Under the pieces are notes generated by a model. That model saw only the letters and a list, made by a program, of their open reading frames with translations, was not told where the DNA came from and did not search any database. Position numbers and translations under genes: made by a program. A DNA stretch of 64,000 bases from Thermoanaerobaculia bacterium (GTDB lineage: Bacteria; Acidobacteriota; Thermoanaerobaculia; Multivoradales; DATKCC01). Every line of letters starts with the position of its first letter. Positions within the stretch are counted from its first letter, which is position 1. The DNA lies in NCBI GenBank assembly GCA_033762835.1, contig JANRLG010000189.1, positions 12,185-76,184 of the forward strand, in the 5' to 3' direction. Of the stretch, positions 21,795 to 31,130 are shown piece by piece.

Positions 21795-24379
21795 TACGGG
21801 TAATACCCGCGCAGCGTACGCACCTCGAGCCCGGGCCGGTCGACCTTGCATTCGACGGCGCGGAAGTCGCCAGTGATCGCGGTGTTGGAGGACTGGTAGG
21901 AGAGGAAGTACTGGCTGCGCAGCTCGTTCTCGATGCGGGCGTAGATCGGTCCGAGCTCCGCGGGACCATCGACGAAGTAGGCCTGGCCGCCGGTTTCCTC
22001 GGCGAGCTTCTCGAGCTTCTTGCGCGGGTCCCCCTTGGGCAGCGCAAGGCCGATCGAGTAGATCGTCACTCCGGCGCGGCGGGCGTACTCGATCATGTCC
22101 TCGAAGCTGAAATTGGAGGCTTCGTCCTTGCCGTCAGAGAGCAGCAGCAGGGCCTTCTGGCCCTTGATGCCGTTGAAGTAGAAGAGCGAGAAAATCACGC
22201 TGTCGTAGAGCGCCGTTCCCCGTTCCGCCTTCAAACCCGCGAGGCCCCCGGCGAAGGCGTCGACCTCCTTGGTGAAGCGCACCGCGAGGTTCGGCCGATC
22301 GTTGAAGGTGATGAGTGCCGTGCGGTCCTTCGGCTTCAGCGTCTGCTGGACGAACTGGAGAGCCGCACGCCGGGTGGCGTCGAGGTTCTCGGTCATGGAG
22401 GCCGAGACGTCGAACAGGATGGCGGTGTGGATCGGCAAGTTCTCGACCCGCTCGAAGCGCAGGACCTCCTGCTGCACGCCGTCCTCGAAGACCTTGAAGT
22501 TGGCCGGCTCGAGATTGCCGATCGGGCGATTGGACTTGTCCACCACCGTGGCGTAGAGCTCGACCAACTGCACCTCGACCTCGGCCAGGTACTCCGGGGC
22601 GTTGACGAAGGCGGTGTCCTCGGTGAAGTTGCCGTCCGGCAGATAGGCAACCGCCCGCACGTAGGCGATCGAGTCCCCCGGTGGCAGCGGGATCGACTGC
22701 ACCCAGGGCTCGCCGTAGAGGGTCGCCACCCGCTCGTCGTTCAGGAAGAACTCCAGCCGCTCGACCGTCTCGCCCGCCGGCACCGACAACTCGGCCACCG
22801 CTCGCACGCTGTCCTTGTAAGTGCGGCCGATGCGCGGTTCGGAGAGTTGGACACGGAAGCGGGTGCCGCCGGCGTTGACCAGCACCTCGTCGCTCGCGAC
22901 CTCCAGCCCCTCGGCATCGTAGGCCGTGGCGCGCAGGTTGTGGGTGCGCGGCAGGGCGCCGAGATCGAGCTCGACACCGTAGGGCGCCTTGCTGTCCGAA
23001 AGCACGTTCTTTTCGTTGAGCCGGAACACCACCCGGCTGATGTCCTTGCCCGTCGTCAGGGTGTCGAACCGGGTCATGCCGGTCAGCAGATCGCCCCGCG
23101 GCGGCACGATACGCAGGGTGTTTTCTCCCGAGGACAGGGCCGCCGTGGCGGCGGCCAGCAGGCGTGCCGACTCCGGGTCCGCGGGCGGCGGCGCGGGCAT
23201 CGCGGTGTCGGTTTCGGGCACCGCCAACGGGCGCTCGGCGCGGAAGACGCGCTGGTTCGCCAAGTCCTCGACCTTGACCACCAGCAGGTAGTCCCCCGCA
23301 CGTAGGCCGCGCTCGAAGAGCAGCGGGATGGTCTCCGACTTGATTTCCGGGGCCGCGAAATCGAACCGGTAGCGGAAGGTCTCGAACAACGCGCCGTCCT
23401 TCAGGATCTCGCCGTTCATCACGAAGTTGTACGAGCGGCTGCCGGCGAGCTCGGTAACCCCAGCCTCGGTGACCGGCACCGCCACCAAACCCTGGACGAC
23501 GGTGCGGTTTTGCCGCCGGCCCGGGAAGGTCACCGCGAGTTCGGCGTCGAAGGACACGGCGTCTTCCGCCAACTCCGTCGAGTAGGCGTCGAAGGCTTCG
23601 ACCCATTCCGTCGAGGGGGGGGCGGGCGGAGTGTCGATCTTGGCGATGAAAGTGGCGTAACCGAGGGTGCCCTGCTGGAGGATGAGTGCGAGGCCCGCCG
23701 CCACCTGCCGTCCTTCATGGCATCCGTCGGCGATTTCCGCCAGGCTCCGGGCACCGCGCTGCCAGTCGTCGAACAAGACGTCGAGACCGTCGGCGGGCTG
23801 CCAGAGTCGGAACGGTGCGGTGCCCCAAGGCCGGTAGAAGGCCAACACGAACTCGGAGCGGGTGCGGTCGCTGCCGGCGTAGAGCCAGATCTCGATCGGC
23901 CACAATTTCCCCGGGCAATGGGCGCGGATGATCTCGGCCGGTGGGCCGTTCAGCAGGAGGAAGCGCGCCCGCTCATCGCGCGGTCCGGAGTAGTTGTTGC
24001 GGACTTCGTCTTGGAGCGCCATCCAGCGGTCGCGGAACTCGTTCTTGGCCGTACGCGGGTCACGATCGCGCAGGCGCCAGAAGCGGTCGATGAAGGCGTC
24101 TCGCTGGTAGTCCTTCTCGAGCAGCAGGAACTTCTCGAGCTCGGCGTCCGAGATCAGAAGGTCGACGATGGCCAGGAACTCGCGGTAGGGACCGGCCAGG
24201 GCCGCGATGCGCGGGTCCTTCTGGCGGTCGATCTTCTTCGCCTTCGTGGTCTTCTCTTCCTTGGTCGGCGGCTCTTGGGCTGCCGAGGCGAGGGGACGAC
24301 CTCCAAGGGAGACGGCCAGAAGCCCACCGAGGACGGCGAGGGTCAAGACGAAGGGGCGACGACGCGGGGCTCGTGGCAC
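21794..24379 (-). CDS. Exported GWxTD-like + Ig-like + VWA domain protein (paralog)
   Basis: GGAGG SD with GTG; FIDRFWRLRDRDP..KNEF, DVSASM, LSDGKD; same GYYP C-terminus as its neighbour. Confidence 0.85.
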   Translation of the reverse strand: MPRAPRRRPFVLTLAVLGGLLAVSLGGRPLASAAQEPPTKEEKTTKAKKIDRQKDPRIAALAGPYREFLAIVDLLISDAELEKFLLLEKDYQRDAFIDRFWRLRDRDPRTAKNEFRDRWMALQDEVRNNYSGPRDERARFLLLNGPPAEIIRAHCPGKLWPIEIWLYAGSDRTRSEFVLAFYRPWGTAPFRLWQPADGLDVLFDDWQRGARSLAEIADGCHEGRQVAAGLALILQQGTLGYATFIAKIDTPPAPPSTEWVEAFDAYSTELAEDAVSFDAELAVTFPGRRQNRTVVQGLVAVPVTEAGVTELAGSRSYNFVMNGEILKDGALFETFRYRFDFAAPEIKSETIPLLFERGLRAGDYLLVVKVEDLANQRVFRAERPLAVPETDTAMPAPPPADPESARLLAAATAALSSGENTLRIVPPRGDLLTGMTRFDTLTTGKDISRVVFRLNEKNVLSDSKAPYGVELDLGALPRTHNLRATAYDAEGLEVASDEVLVNAGGTRFRVQLSEPRIGRTYKDSVRAVAELSVPAGETVERLEFFLNDERVATLYGEPWVQSIPLPPGDSIAYVRAVAYLPDGNFTEDTAFVNAPEYLAEVEVQLVELYATVVDKSNRPIGNLEPANFKVFEDGVQQEVLRFERVENLPIHTAILFDVSASMTENLDATRRAALQFVQQTLKPKDRTALITFNDRPNLAVRFTKEVDAFAGGLAGLKAERGTALYDSVIFSLFYFNGIKGQKALLLLSDGKDEASNFSFEDMIEYARRAGVTIYSIGLALPKGDPRKKLEKLAEETGGQAYFVDGPAELGPIYARIENELRSQYFLSYQSSNTAITGDFRAVECKVDRPGLEVRTLRGYYP

Positions 24380-24499
24380 CGGAAACCTCCAGACGGTCCT
24401 TATAACACCGCCGAGGGCCCGTCGGCTCTCGGGCTCGGCACGGGCTCGCTCTGCAAAGGTGCTGCCGCTTGCGCGGGAGCGGCTACAATCGTCGGTCTC

Positions 24500-25660
24500 A
24501 TGGAGCCGGTGTACCTCGACCACAACGCTACGACGCCGCTCGATCCTCGGGCGCGGGAGGCCATGTTGCCGTGGCTCGGCGAGCGTTGGGGCAATCCCTC
24601 GTCCATCCACCGCGCCGGCCAAGTCGCGCGGGAAGCGGTGGAGCAGGCCCGGACCGAGGTCGCCGCACTGCTCGGGGCCGATCCTCTCGATCTCGTCTTC
24701 ACCGCCTCCGGCACCGAGGCCAACAATACCGTCGTCTTCGGGCTCGCCGCCGCGGCGGAGTTTCGTGGCCACGTCGTCCTGTCGTCGCTCGAGCATCCGG
24801 CGATTCGGGTCGCGGTCGAAAAGATCGAGGCTCAGGGCCTGCGGGTGACCCGGGTGGCTCCGGGGGCGGACGGTGTCGTCTCGGCGGAGCGCTTCGTGGC
24901 CGCCCTCGAGCCCGACACCCGCTTTGCCGCCTTGATGCTCGCCAACAACGAGGTCGGCACCCTGCAACCGGTCGCCGAGGTCGCCGCCGCTTGCCGCGCT
25001 CGCGGAGTCGCGCTCCTGTGTGACGCCGTGCAGGCCGTGGGCAAGATCCCCGTGGACGTCGCGGCCCTGGGGGTGGACTACCTCGTGCTCGGCGGGCATA
25101 AGTTCTACGGTCCGCTGGGCGCGGCGGCGTTGTGGGTTCGGCGCGGCGCGCCCTTCGAGGCGTACCTGCTCGGTGGTTCCCAGGAGCGCCGCCGGCGGGC
25201 CGGCACCGAAAACGTGCCCGCCCTGGTGGGCCTGGGAGCGGCCTGCCGGGTCGCCCGCCTGGAGCTTGCCGACCGCGCCGCCCACCTGCGTGCACTGCGC
25301 GACGCCTTCGAGGCGGGCCTGGCGGCGATCCCCGACGCCGTCGTCCATGCCGCTCACGCGCCTCGCCTTCCGCAGACCTCCCACGTGGCGTTTCTCGGGG
25401 TCGAAGGCGAGGCTCTGCTGGTACGGCTGGACCTAGCCGGCTTCGCCGTGTCGACCGGCTCAGCGTGCAGCTCGGGGGTCGTGCAGCCGTCGAAGATGCT
25501 GCTGGCCATGGGCATCGATCCGCGCGAGGCGCTGTCGTCCCTGCGCATCAGCTTCGGCGTGGGCAACACGCGCGACGAAGTCGACCGCTTTCTTGCGGTG
25601 CTCGGCCGCGAGGTGGCCGCCCTGCGCGCGCTCGAAGAGCCCCGGAGGGCCAGCGCATGA
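24500..25660 (+). CDS. iscS: Cysteine desulfurase (IscS/NifS type)
   Basis: YLDHNATTP, GNPSSIH, NNEVG, GHKFYGP, STGSACSS. Confidence 0.92.
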   Translation: MEPVYLDHNATTPLDPRAREAMLPWLGERWGNPSSIHRAGQVAREAVEQARTEVAALLGADPLDLVFTASGTEANNTVVFGLAAAAEFRGHVVLSSLEHPAIRVAVEKIEAQGLRVTRVAPGADGVVSAERFVAALEPDTRFAALMLANNEVGTLQPVAEVAAACRARGVALLCDAVQAVGKIPVDVAALGVDYLVLGGHKFYGPLGAAALWVRRGAPFEAYLLGGSQERRRRAGTENVPALVGLGAACRVARLELADRAAHLRALRDAFEAGLAAIPDAVVHAAHAPRLPQTSHVAFLGVEGEALLVRLDLAGFAVSTGSACSSGVVQPSKMLLAMGIDPREALSSLRISFGVGNTRDEVDRFLAVLGREVAALRALEEPRRASA

Positions 25661-26784
25661 AGACGGAAACCCCGTTGCTCGGGGTCGCCATGAGCGGCGG
25701 GCTCGATTCGTCCGTGGCCGCGTGGAAGCTCGCCCAGGAGGGCCACCGGGTGGTCGGCCTGTCGATGCTGCTGTGGGACCACTCCGAGGAGCCTCCAACC
25801 AGCGGGGGCGGACGGTGCTGCGGCGCGCTCGACTTGGGCGACGCCCGGCGGGTGGCGGCCCAGGCCGGCATTCCCCACTACACGCTCAAGATGGACGAGG
25901 AGTTCCGGATCAAGGTGGTGGACCCCTTCGTCCGTGATTACCTCGAAGGCCGCACGCCGTCGCCCTGCGTGGCCTGCAACACGTCGATCAAGTTCGACCG
26001 CCTGTTCGACCGCGCCCGGAGCTTCGGGGCCGAAACGGTGGCCACCGGGCACTACGCTCGGCTACTCGCCGGTCCCCACGGGCCGGAGCTGCACACCGCT
26101 CGCGACGAGGCCAAGGACCAGTCCTACTTCCTCTTCGAGCTGACGCCGGAGCAGCTGGCCCGCACGCTGTTCCCCTTGGGCGAGCTGACCAAACCCGAGG
26201 TGCGCGAGCTCGCCCGCCAGGCCGGCCTGGTGGTGGCCGAAAAGGCCGAGAGCATGGAGATCTGCTTCGTACCGGGCAGCGTGCGCGAGTTCGTGGAGCA
26301 TCAGGTGACGGCGCGCCCCGGGGACTTCGGCGAGTTGGGCGAGCGCATCACCGTGGGGGCCGCGCAGATGGTCGACCAGGATGGGGTCGAGCTCGGTCGC
26401 GGCGAGCCGTTCTACCGCTACACGGTGGGCCAGCGGAAGGCGCTTGGCCTGGGCGGCGGCGAGAAACGTTACGTACTGGCGGTGTTGCCCGCGGAGAACC
26501 GCATCGTAGTCGGCGGCGGCGCCGAGCTTCTGGCCCACGGCTTGACCGCCGAGCGCCTGCACTGGACGGCCCCCGAGCTGGCGGGCGAACGCGAGATCGA
26601 GGTCACGGCCAAGATCCGCTCGCGCCACGGTGGCGTCGCCGCCCGGGTGCGCCCGGGTGCTGCGGGCAGCGTCGCGGTGGAGTTCGCCGAGCCGCAACGG
26701 GGCGTGACGCCCGGCCAAGCAACCGTGTTCTACCAGGGGACCCGGGTGGTGGGTGGCGCCTGGATCACCGGCCCGCGAACCTGA
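25657..26784 (+). CDS. mnmA: tRNA 2-thiouridine(34) synthase
   Basis: AMSGGLDSS, RCC, PSPCVACN, ATGHYA, KDQSYFL, TPGQA. Confidence 0.95.
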   Translation: MKTETPLLGVAMSGGLDSSVAAWKLAQEGHRVVGLSMLLWDHSEEPPTSGGGRCCGALDLGDARRVAAQAGIPHYTLKMDEEFRIKVVDPFVRDYLEGRTPSPCVACNTSIKFDRLFDRARSFGAETVATGHYARLLAGPHGPELHTARDEAKDQSYFLFELTPEQLARTLFPLGELTKPEVRELARQAGLVVAEKAESMEICFVPGSVREFVEHQVTARPGDFGELGERITVGAAQMVDQDGVELGRGEPFYRYTVGQRKALGLGGGEKRYVLAVLPAENRIVVGGGAELLAHGLTAERLHWTAPELAGEREIEVTAKIRSRHGGVAARVRPGAAGSVAVEFAEPQRGVTPGQATVFYQGTRVVGGAWITGPRT

Positions 26785-26792
26785 TCTCCGTG

Positions 26793-28901
26793 ATGTCGCG
26801 CTCTACCGCTGCCGTCGTGCTGCTGGCCCTCGGTCTCGCCGCCTGCGGCCGGTCGCAGCCTCCTGCCCTGGTTCGACTCATCGAGCACCTGCCGGCCCCC
26901 ACGGGTCCGGAAGTGGACTTCGCCCGCGAGTTACCGCTGGGCGGGGAGCCCCAGGTCGTGGCACGGGACTTCGACGCCGCCACCGTGGGCCGTCTGCGTC
27001 TCGAGGTATCGGGCCCGGCGCGGCGCCTCGTGCTCTCGTGGCGCAACCTCGGAGATCCGCGTTTCCTGCCCTTCCGCCAACTCACCGTGCCCCTCGACCC
27101 CGCCGCCGGACGCCAGAGCGTGGACCTCGACCTTTCCCGTGAGGCCTACTGGGTCGGCCGCGTGCTCGGCCTGCGGGTCGCCAGCGAGGACGGCAGCGCC
27201 ACGCTCCACCGGGCCACCGGCTCGCCCGGCGCGAGCTTGGAACGCGAGATGGCCTTGAAGGGGCAGTCGATGCCCGCGTTTCCGGCCCTCGAACGGCTCG
27301 AGATCCCGCTGCCGGAGCTGCCCCCCGGTCCCGCGCGGCTCCGCTTGGCCGTGGGCCTGCTGCCGGAGTTCGACAAACCCGGGGTGAGCGTGCGGTTCAC
27401 CGCCAGCCTCGCTTCCGACCGCGGTTCGGTGCCCGTGCTCGAGCAGACCGTGCGCGGTGGCCACGGCCGCGGTTGGCACCCCCTGGTCCGAGCGCTCGAG
27501 CTGCCGGCCGCGGCTCGTCTCGTTCTGACGGCCCAGGGTGAACGCAACGGCCAGCCGCTGCCGGCCGGCACCGGCTTCTGGGGCCACCCGATCTTGACCT
27601 CGGGTCACACCGAGGCCGCGGGCGAGAATCTGGTGGTTGTGCTGATCGACACCCTGCGCGCCGACGCCCTTGGGGCCTGGGGGGAACCCAGCGGTTCGAC
27701 GCCCCATCTCGACCAATTGGCCCGCCAATCGGTGCGCTTCTCCGAGCTCTACGCTCCGGCGCCGTGGACGCTGCCGAGCGTCGTTTCGCTCCTGACCGGA
27801 CTCCAGCCCCAGCGCCACGGCGCCGGCCAACGGGTGGGTGGCTTCGTTCCCACTGGGCTCGCCGACGAAGCCCAGACCCTGGCCGAGGTGCTGGCGGCAG
27901 GAGGTTTCGTCACTACCGGGATCTACAACAACATCTACGTCAATCCGGCCTTCGGCACCGGGCAGGGTTTCGACTCCTGGACGTGGCTCGAGCGGCCCGA
28001 TGCCGAGCTCGCGGACCGCGCCGTGGCCGAGCTCGCGGCGTTGCGCGACGACCGCTTCTTCCTCTATCTCCATCTGTTCGATCCGCACAATCCCTACGAG
28101 CCCACGCCGCCGGACTGTGCCCAGGTGGCACTGACCACCGCACCCGGCTACCGCGGACCACTCGGTTGTTACTCCGACCGCCGCCCGGGGTTGCCCCAAC
28201 CGCTGCCCGCCGATCGCCCGTGGGTGCGCGGGCTCTACCAGGCCGAGGTCGCGGGCGCGGACCGTGCCGTGGGCCGCCTGCTGGCCGGGCTCGACGAGCT
28301 GGGACTCCGCGAGAACACCGTCGTGCTGGTGGTTTCGGACCACGGTGAAGAGCTCTGGGAGCGCATGCCTCAGCTCTACGCCGGCCACTACCGGCCCGAC
28401 GCCGACCACGGCCACAGCTTGTACCGCGAGCTGCTCCACGTTCCGGCACTGCTGCGGGTGCCTGGCCGTGGCGCCGAAACCCTCTCCGGCTTGGCCGAAA
28501 CGGTGGATCTCTTTCCGACCGTGCTCGCCACCCTCGGCGTCGCGGCGCCGCCCACGGATGGCCGCGACTTGCTGGCCGCGGCCGAGCCGACCGGCCGCGA
28601 GCGGCGGGTGGTGATCGCGGGCACGCTGCTCCAGGGGCCCGATCGCTGGAGCGTCCAGCGCGGCGGCTGGAAGCTCGTGGTGCCCCTCGATCCCCGCCTG
28701 CGCCCGGAACTCTTCGACCTCACGGCCGATCCGGGCGAATCTCACGACCTCGCGGCCGCCCACCCCGACATCGTGACCGGCCTGCGGGAGCTGGGCGAAC
28801 GCGAGCTCGCCGCGAGAAAAAAGTCCGCCCTGGGCAAGGGCGCGACGCAGCTCGAGTGGAACCACATCACGAAGCTGCGGAGCTTGGGGTATCTCCAGTG
28901 A
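26793..28901 (+). CDS. Sulfatase-like lipoprotein
   Basis: Lipobox LAAC; IDTLRAD, PWTLPS, HLFDPH, SDHGEE, ELFDL..DPGE, LRSLGYL. Confidence 0.85.
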   Translation: MSRSTAAVVLLALGLAACGRSQPPALVRLIEHLPAPTGPEVDFARELPLGGEPQVVARDFDAATVGRLRLEVSGPARRLVLSWRNLGDPRFLPFRQLTVPLDPAAGRQSVDLDLSREAYWVGRVLGLRVASEDGSATLHRATGSPGASLEREMALKGQSMPAFPALERLEIPLPELPPGPARLRLAVGLLPEFDKPGVSVRFTASLASDRGSVPVLEQTVRGGHGRGWHPLVRALELPAAARLVLTAQGERNGQPLPAGTGFWGHPILTSGHTEAAGENLVVVLIDTLRADALGAWGEPSGSTPHLDQLARQSVRFSELYAPAPWTLPSVVSLLTGLQPQRHGAGQRVGGFVPTGLADEAQTLAEVLAAGGFVTTGIYNNIYVNPAFGTGQGFDSWTWLERPDAELADRAVAELAALRDDRFFLYLHLFDPHNPYEPTPPDCAQVALTTAPGYRGPLGCYSDRRPGLPQPLPADRPWVRGLYQAEVAGADRAVGRLLAGLDELGLRENTVVLVVSDHGEELWERMPQLYAGHYRPDADHGHSLYRELLHVPALLRVPGRGAETLSGLAETVDLFPTVLATLGVAAPPTDGRDLLAAAEPTGRERRVVIAGTLLQGPDRWSVQRGGWKLVVPLDPRLRPELFDLTADPGESHDLAAAHPDIVTGLRELGERELAARKKSALGKGATQLEWNHITKLRSLGYLQ

Positions 28902-30397
28902 CGGACGGAGCTTCGCCCGACTCCGTGAAAATCGCCTTCGACAACACCTACGCCCGGGAGTTGGAGGGCCTGTACGTGCGCTGCACGCCGGCACGCTCGC
29001 CGGCGCCGCGGTGGCTGCGGCTCAACCACGGCCTGGCGGTGGAGCTTGGTCTCGAACCTGTCGAGCTCGACTCCCCCGCGGGCTTGGCCGTGCTGGCCGG
29101 CAACGTCGTGCCGCCGGGGGCCGATCCGCTCGCCCAGGCGTATGCTGGGCACCAGTTCGGCGGCTTCTCGCCGCGACTGGGCGACGGCCGCGCCCTGCTG
29201 CTCGGCGAGGTGATCGATCGCGCCGGCCGGCGCCGGGACATCGCCATGAAGGGTTCGGGCGCTACGCCGTTCTCTCGCGGTGGCGACGGCAAGGCCGCGG
29301 TGGGGCCGGTGCTGCGCGAGTACCTGATGGGTGAGGCGATGTACGCTTTGGGCATCCCCACCACGCGGGCTTTGGCCGCGGTCGCCACCAGGGCGCCCGT
29401 GGTTCGCGAGCAGGTGCAGCCCGGCGCGATCCTCACTCGCGTGGCCGCCAGCCACTTGCGGGTGGGTACCTTCGAGTTCGTGGCCGCGCGGCAAGACCTG
29501 CCCCTGCTGCGTCGCCTCGCGGATTACACGATCCGGCGGCAGGAGCCGCACCTGGCCGACGCTCCCGACCGCCACCTGCGGTTGCTCGAGGCCGTGATCG
29601 CACGTCAGGCCGACCTGATCGCCCGCTGGATGAGCGTGGGCTTCCTCCACGGGGTCATGAACACCGACAACATGGCGATTTCCGGCGAGACCCTCGACTA
29701 CGGCCCCTGCGCTTTCCTCGAGCACTACGACCCGCGCGCCGTGTTCAGCTCGATCGACAACGGCGGTCGTTATGCGTTCGGCAGCCAGCCGCGGGTCGCG
29801 CAGTGGAATCTGGCGCGGTTTGCCGAAACTCTGCTGCCCCTGATTGATCCTGACGAGACCCGCGCGGCGGAGTTGGCGAGCACCGCGGTCGATGGCTTTG
29901 CCCACCTGTTCGAAAACAGATTCGGCGAGCTGCTCCAGTCCAAGCTGGGTCTCGTGGGCCAGGACGACGCCGACCGCGAGCTGGCCGCCGACTACCTCAA
30001 GCTGCTCGCCGACCATCGTGTCGACTTCACCCTTGGCTTCCGGCGCCTGAACGACGCCGTCGCCGGTGACGAGGCACCCTTGCGTGTCCTGTTCGGCAAG
30101 GCCGCGGAGGCTCTCGAACCCTGGCTCGACCGTTGGCGGGCGCGCGTGCACCGAGGCGTTACCGATTCGGCCGAGCGACTGGCGGTGATGGCGCGCGCGA
30201 ACCCGATCTACATCCCTCGCAACCACCGGGTCGAGGCCGCGCTGGCCGCCGCGGTCGAGCACGGCGACCTCGCGCCGTTCCAGCGGCTGCTGGAAGTCCT
30301 ACAGCGTCCCTTCGACGAACGGGCCGAGGATCTCGCCTTCGCTGAACCCGCCCCCGCGGCCGAGACGGCCCGCTACCGCACCTTCTGCGGTACTTGA
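28898..30397 (+). CDS. selO: Protein adenylyltransferase SelO (YdiU)
   Basis: YAGHQFG, LGDGRA, KGSGATPFSRGGDG, HGVMNTDN, C-terminal TFCGT. Confidence 0.95.
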   Translation: MTDGASPDSVKIAFDNTYARELEGLYVRCTPARSPAPRWLRLNHGLAVELGLEPVELDSPAGLAVLAGNVVPPGADPLAQAYAGHQFGGFSPRLGDGRALLLGEVIDRAGRRRDIAMKGSGATPFSRGGDGKAAVGPVLREYLMGEAMYALGIPTTRALAAVATRAPVVREQVQPGAILTRVAASHLRVGTFEFVAARQDLPLLRRLADYTIRRQEPHLADAPDRHLRLLEAVIARQADLIARWMSVGFLHGVMNTDNMAISGETLDYGPCAFLEHYDPRAVFSSIDNGGRYAFGSQPRVAQWNLARFAETLLPLIDPDETRAAELASTAVDGFAHLFENRFGELLQSKLGLVGQDDADRELAADYLKLLADHRVDFTLGFRRLNDAVAGDEAPLRVLFGKAAEALEPWLDRWRARVHRGVTDSAERLAVMARANPIYIPRNHRVEAALAAAVEHGDLAPFQRLLEVLQRPFDERAEDLAFAEPAPAAETARYRTFCGT

Positions 30398-30450
30398 GCG
30401 CGCAATCCGAGATGCGGGGGTGGGGTTACGTGGGGGTGAGGGGGCGGACC

Positions 30451-30870
30451 TCAACCGATCAGCCGGAAGCCGACCGAGGCGAAGTGATGGTCGAAGGAGA
30501 AGGCCACGCGAATGCCGAGGCGATTCATGATCACGAAGCTCGTGGCATCTACCGCGGAGAGCCGGTGCAGGTCCGTTCGCCTCAGGTACGCCCACGACTG
30601 GGCCAAGTCGTCCCGAGTGCATTCGTCGATCGTGAAGCGCGGGACTTCCTCGAGTGACTCCCGCCACCGGTTGGCAATGTCGCGGTGGATTCGTCGTTCC
30701 AAGAACGTGAACGTTTCGAGGACGACCGGTATCGAGCTGTGAAGGCGGGCTCCGCTGGCCGCGAGATCGTTCCAGGCCAGGACCGCACGGGTGTGCAGCG
30801 CATCCTGTTCCGCGGCTAGAGCGGCCCAGGCTCCGGTATCGACGAAGACGGCTTCACCGTTACGGAGCAT
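30451..30870 (-). CDS. vapC: PIN-domain toxin (VapC)
   Basis: VFVDTGAW, VLETFT, SAVDATSF, FSFDHHF. Confidence 0.9.
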   Translation of the reverse strand: MLRNGEAVFVDTGAWAALAAEQDALHTRAVLAWNDLAASGARLHSSIPVVLETFTFLERRIHRDIANRWRESLEEVPRFTIDECTRDDLAQSWAYLRRTDLHRLSAVDATSFVIMNRLGIRVAFSFDHHFASVGFRLIG

Positions 30871-30873
30871 GGT

Positions 30874-31083
30874 TCAGGGATCGTCGTAAATGACGTCGTG
30901 ATCGACCGACTGGGATCGGACTTCGCCCTTCCATAGCGCCACGGGGCCACGCGCATTCGTCGTAAACCACGTTTGCCGAATGGCTTGCCGGATCAACTCG
31001 GCAACACTCTTGCCCGTCCTGCGGGCCAGGTCGTGGAGGCAGGAGAGTTCTTCCTCGGGGAGGTAGACCTGCGTTTTCACCAT
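30874..31083 (-). CDS. Ribbon-helix-helix (CopG) antitoxin
   Basis: MVKTQVYL...LARRTGKSVAELIRQAI; directly upstream of vapC. Confidence 0.85.
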   Translation of the reverse strand: MVKTQVYLPEEELSCLHDLARRTGKSVAELIRQAIRQTWFTTNARGPVALWKGEVRSQSVDHDVIYDDP

Positions 31084-31090
31084 GGGTGTC

Positions 31091-31127
31091 ATTGTGCGGC
31101 GAGACTTGACACCCGTCAAGTCTCGCC
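31091..31127 (-). promoter_or_regulatory. TA promoter with a 13-bp perfect inverted repeat (operator and/or purF terminator)
   Basis: GGCGAGACTTGAC-ACCC-GTCAAGTCTCGCC (31098-31127) covers -35 TTGACG; 17 nt to CACAAT. Confidence 0.65.
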
Positions 31128-31130
31128 CCG

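Noticed and set aside
30370-30397. Selenocysteine at the SelO C-terminus
   Set aside because: Ends in the standard bacterial TFCGT, with TGA as a true stop
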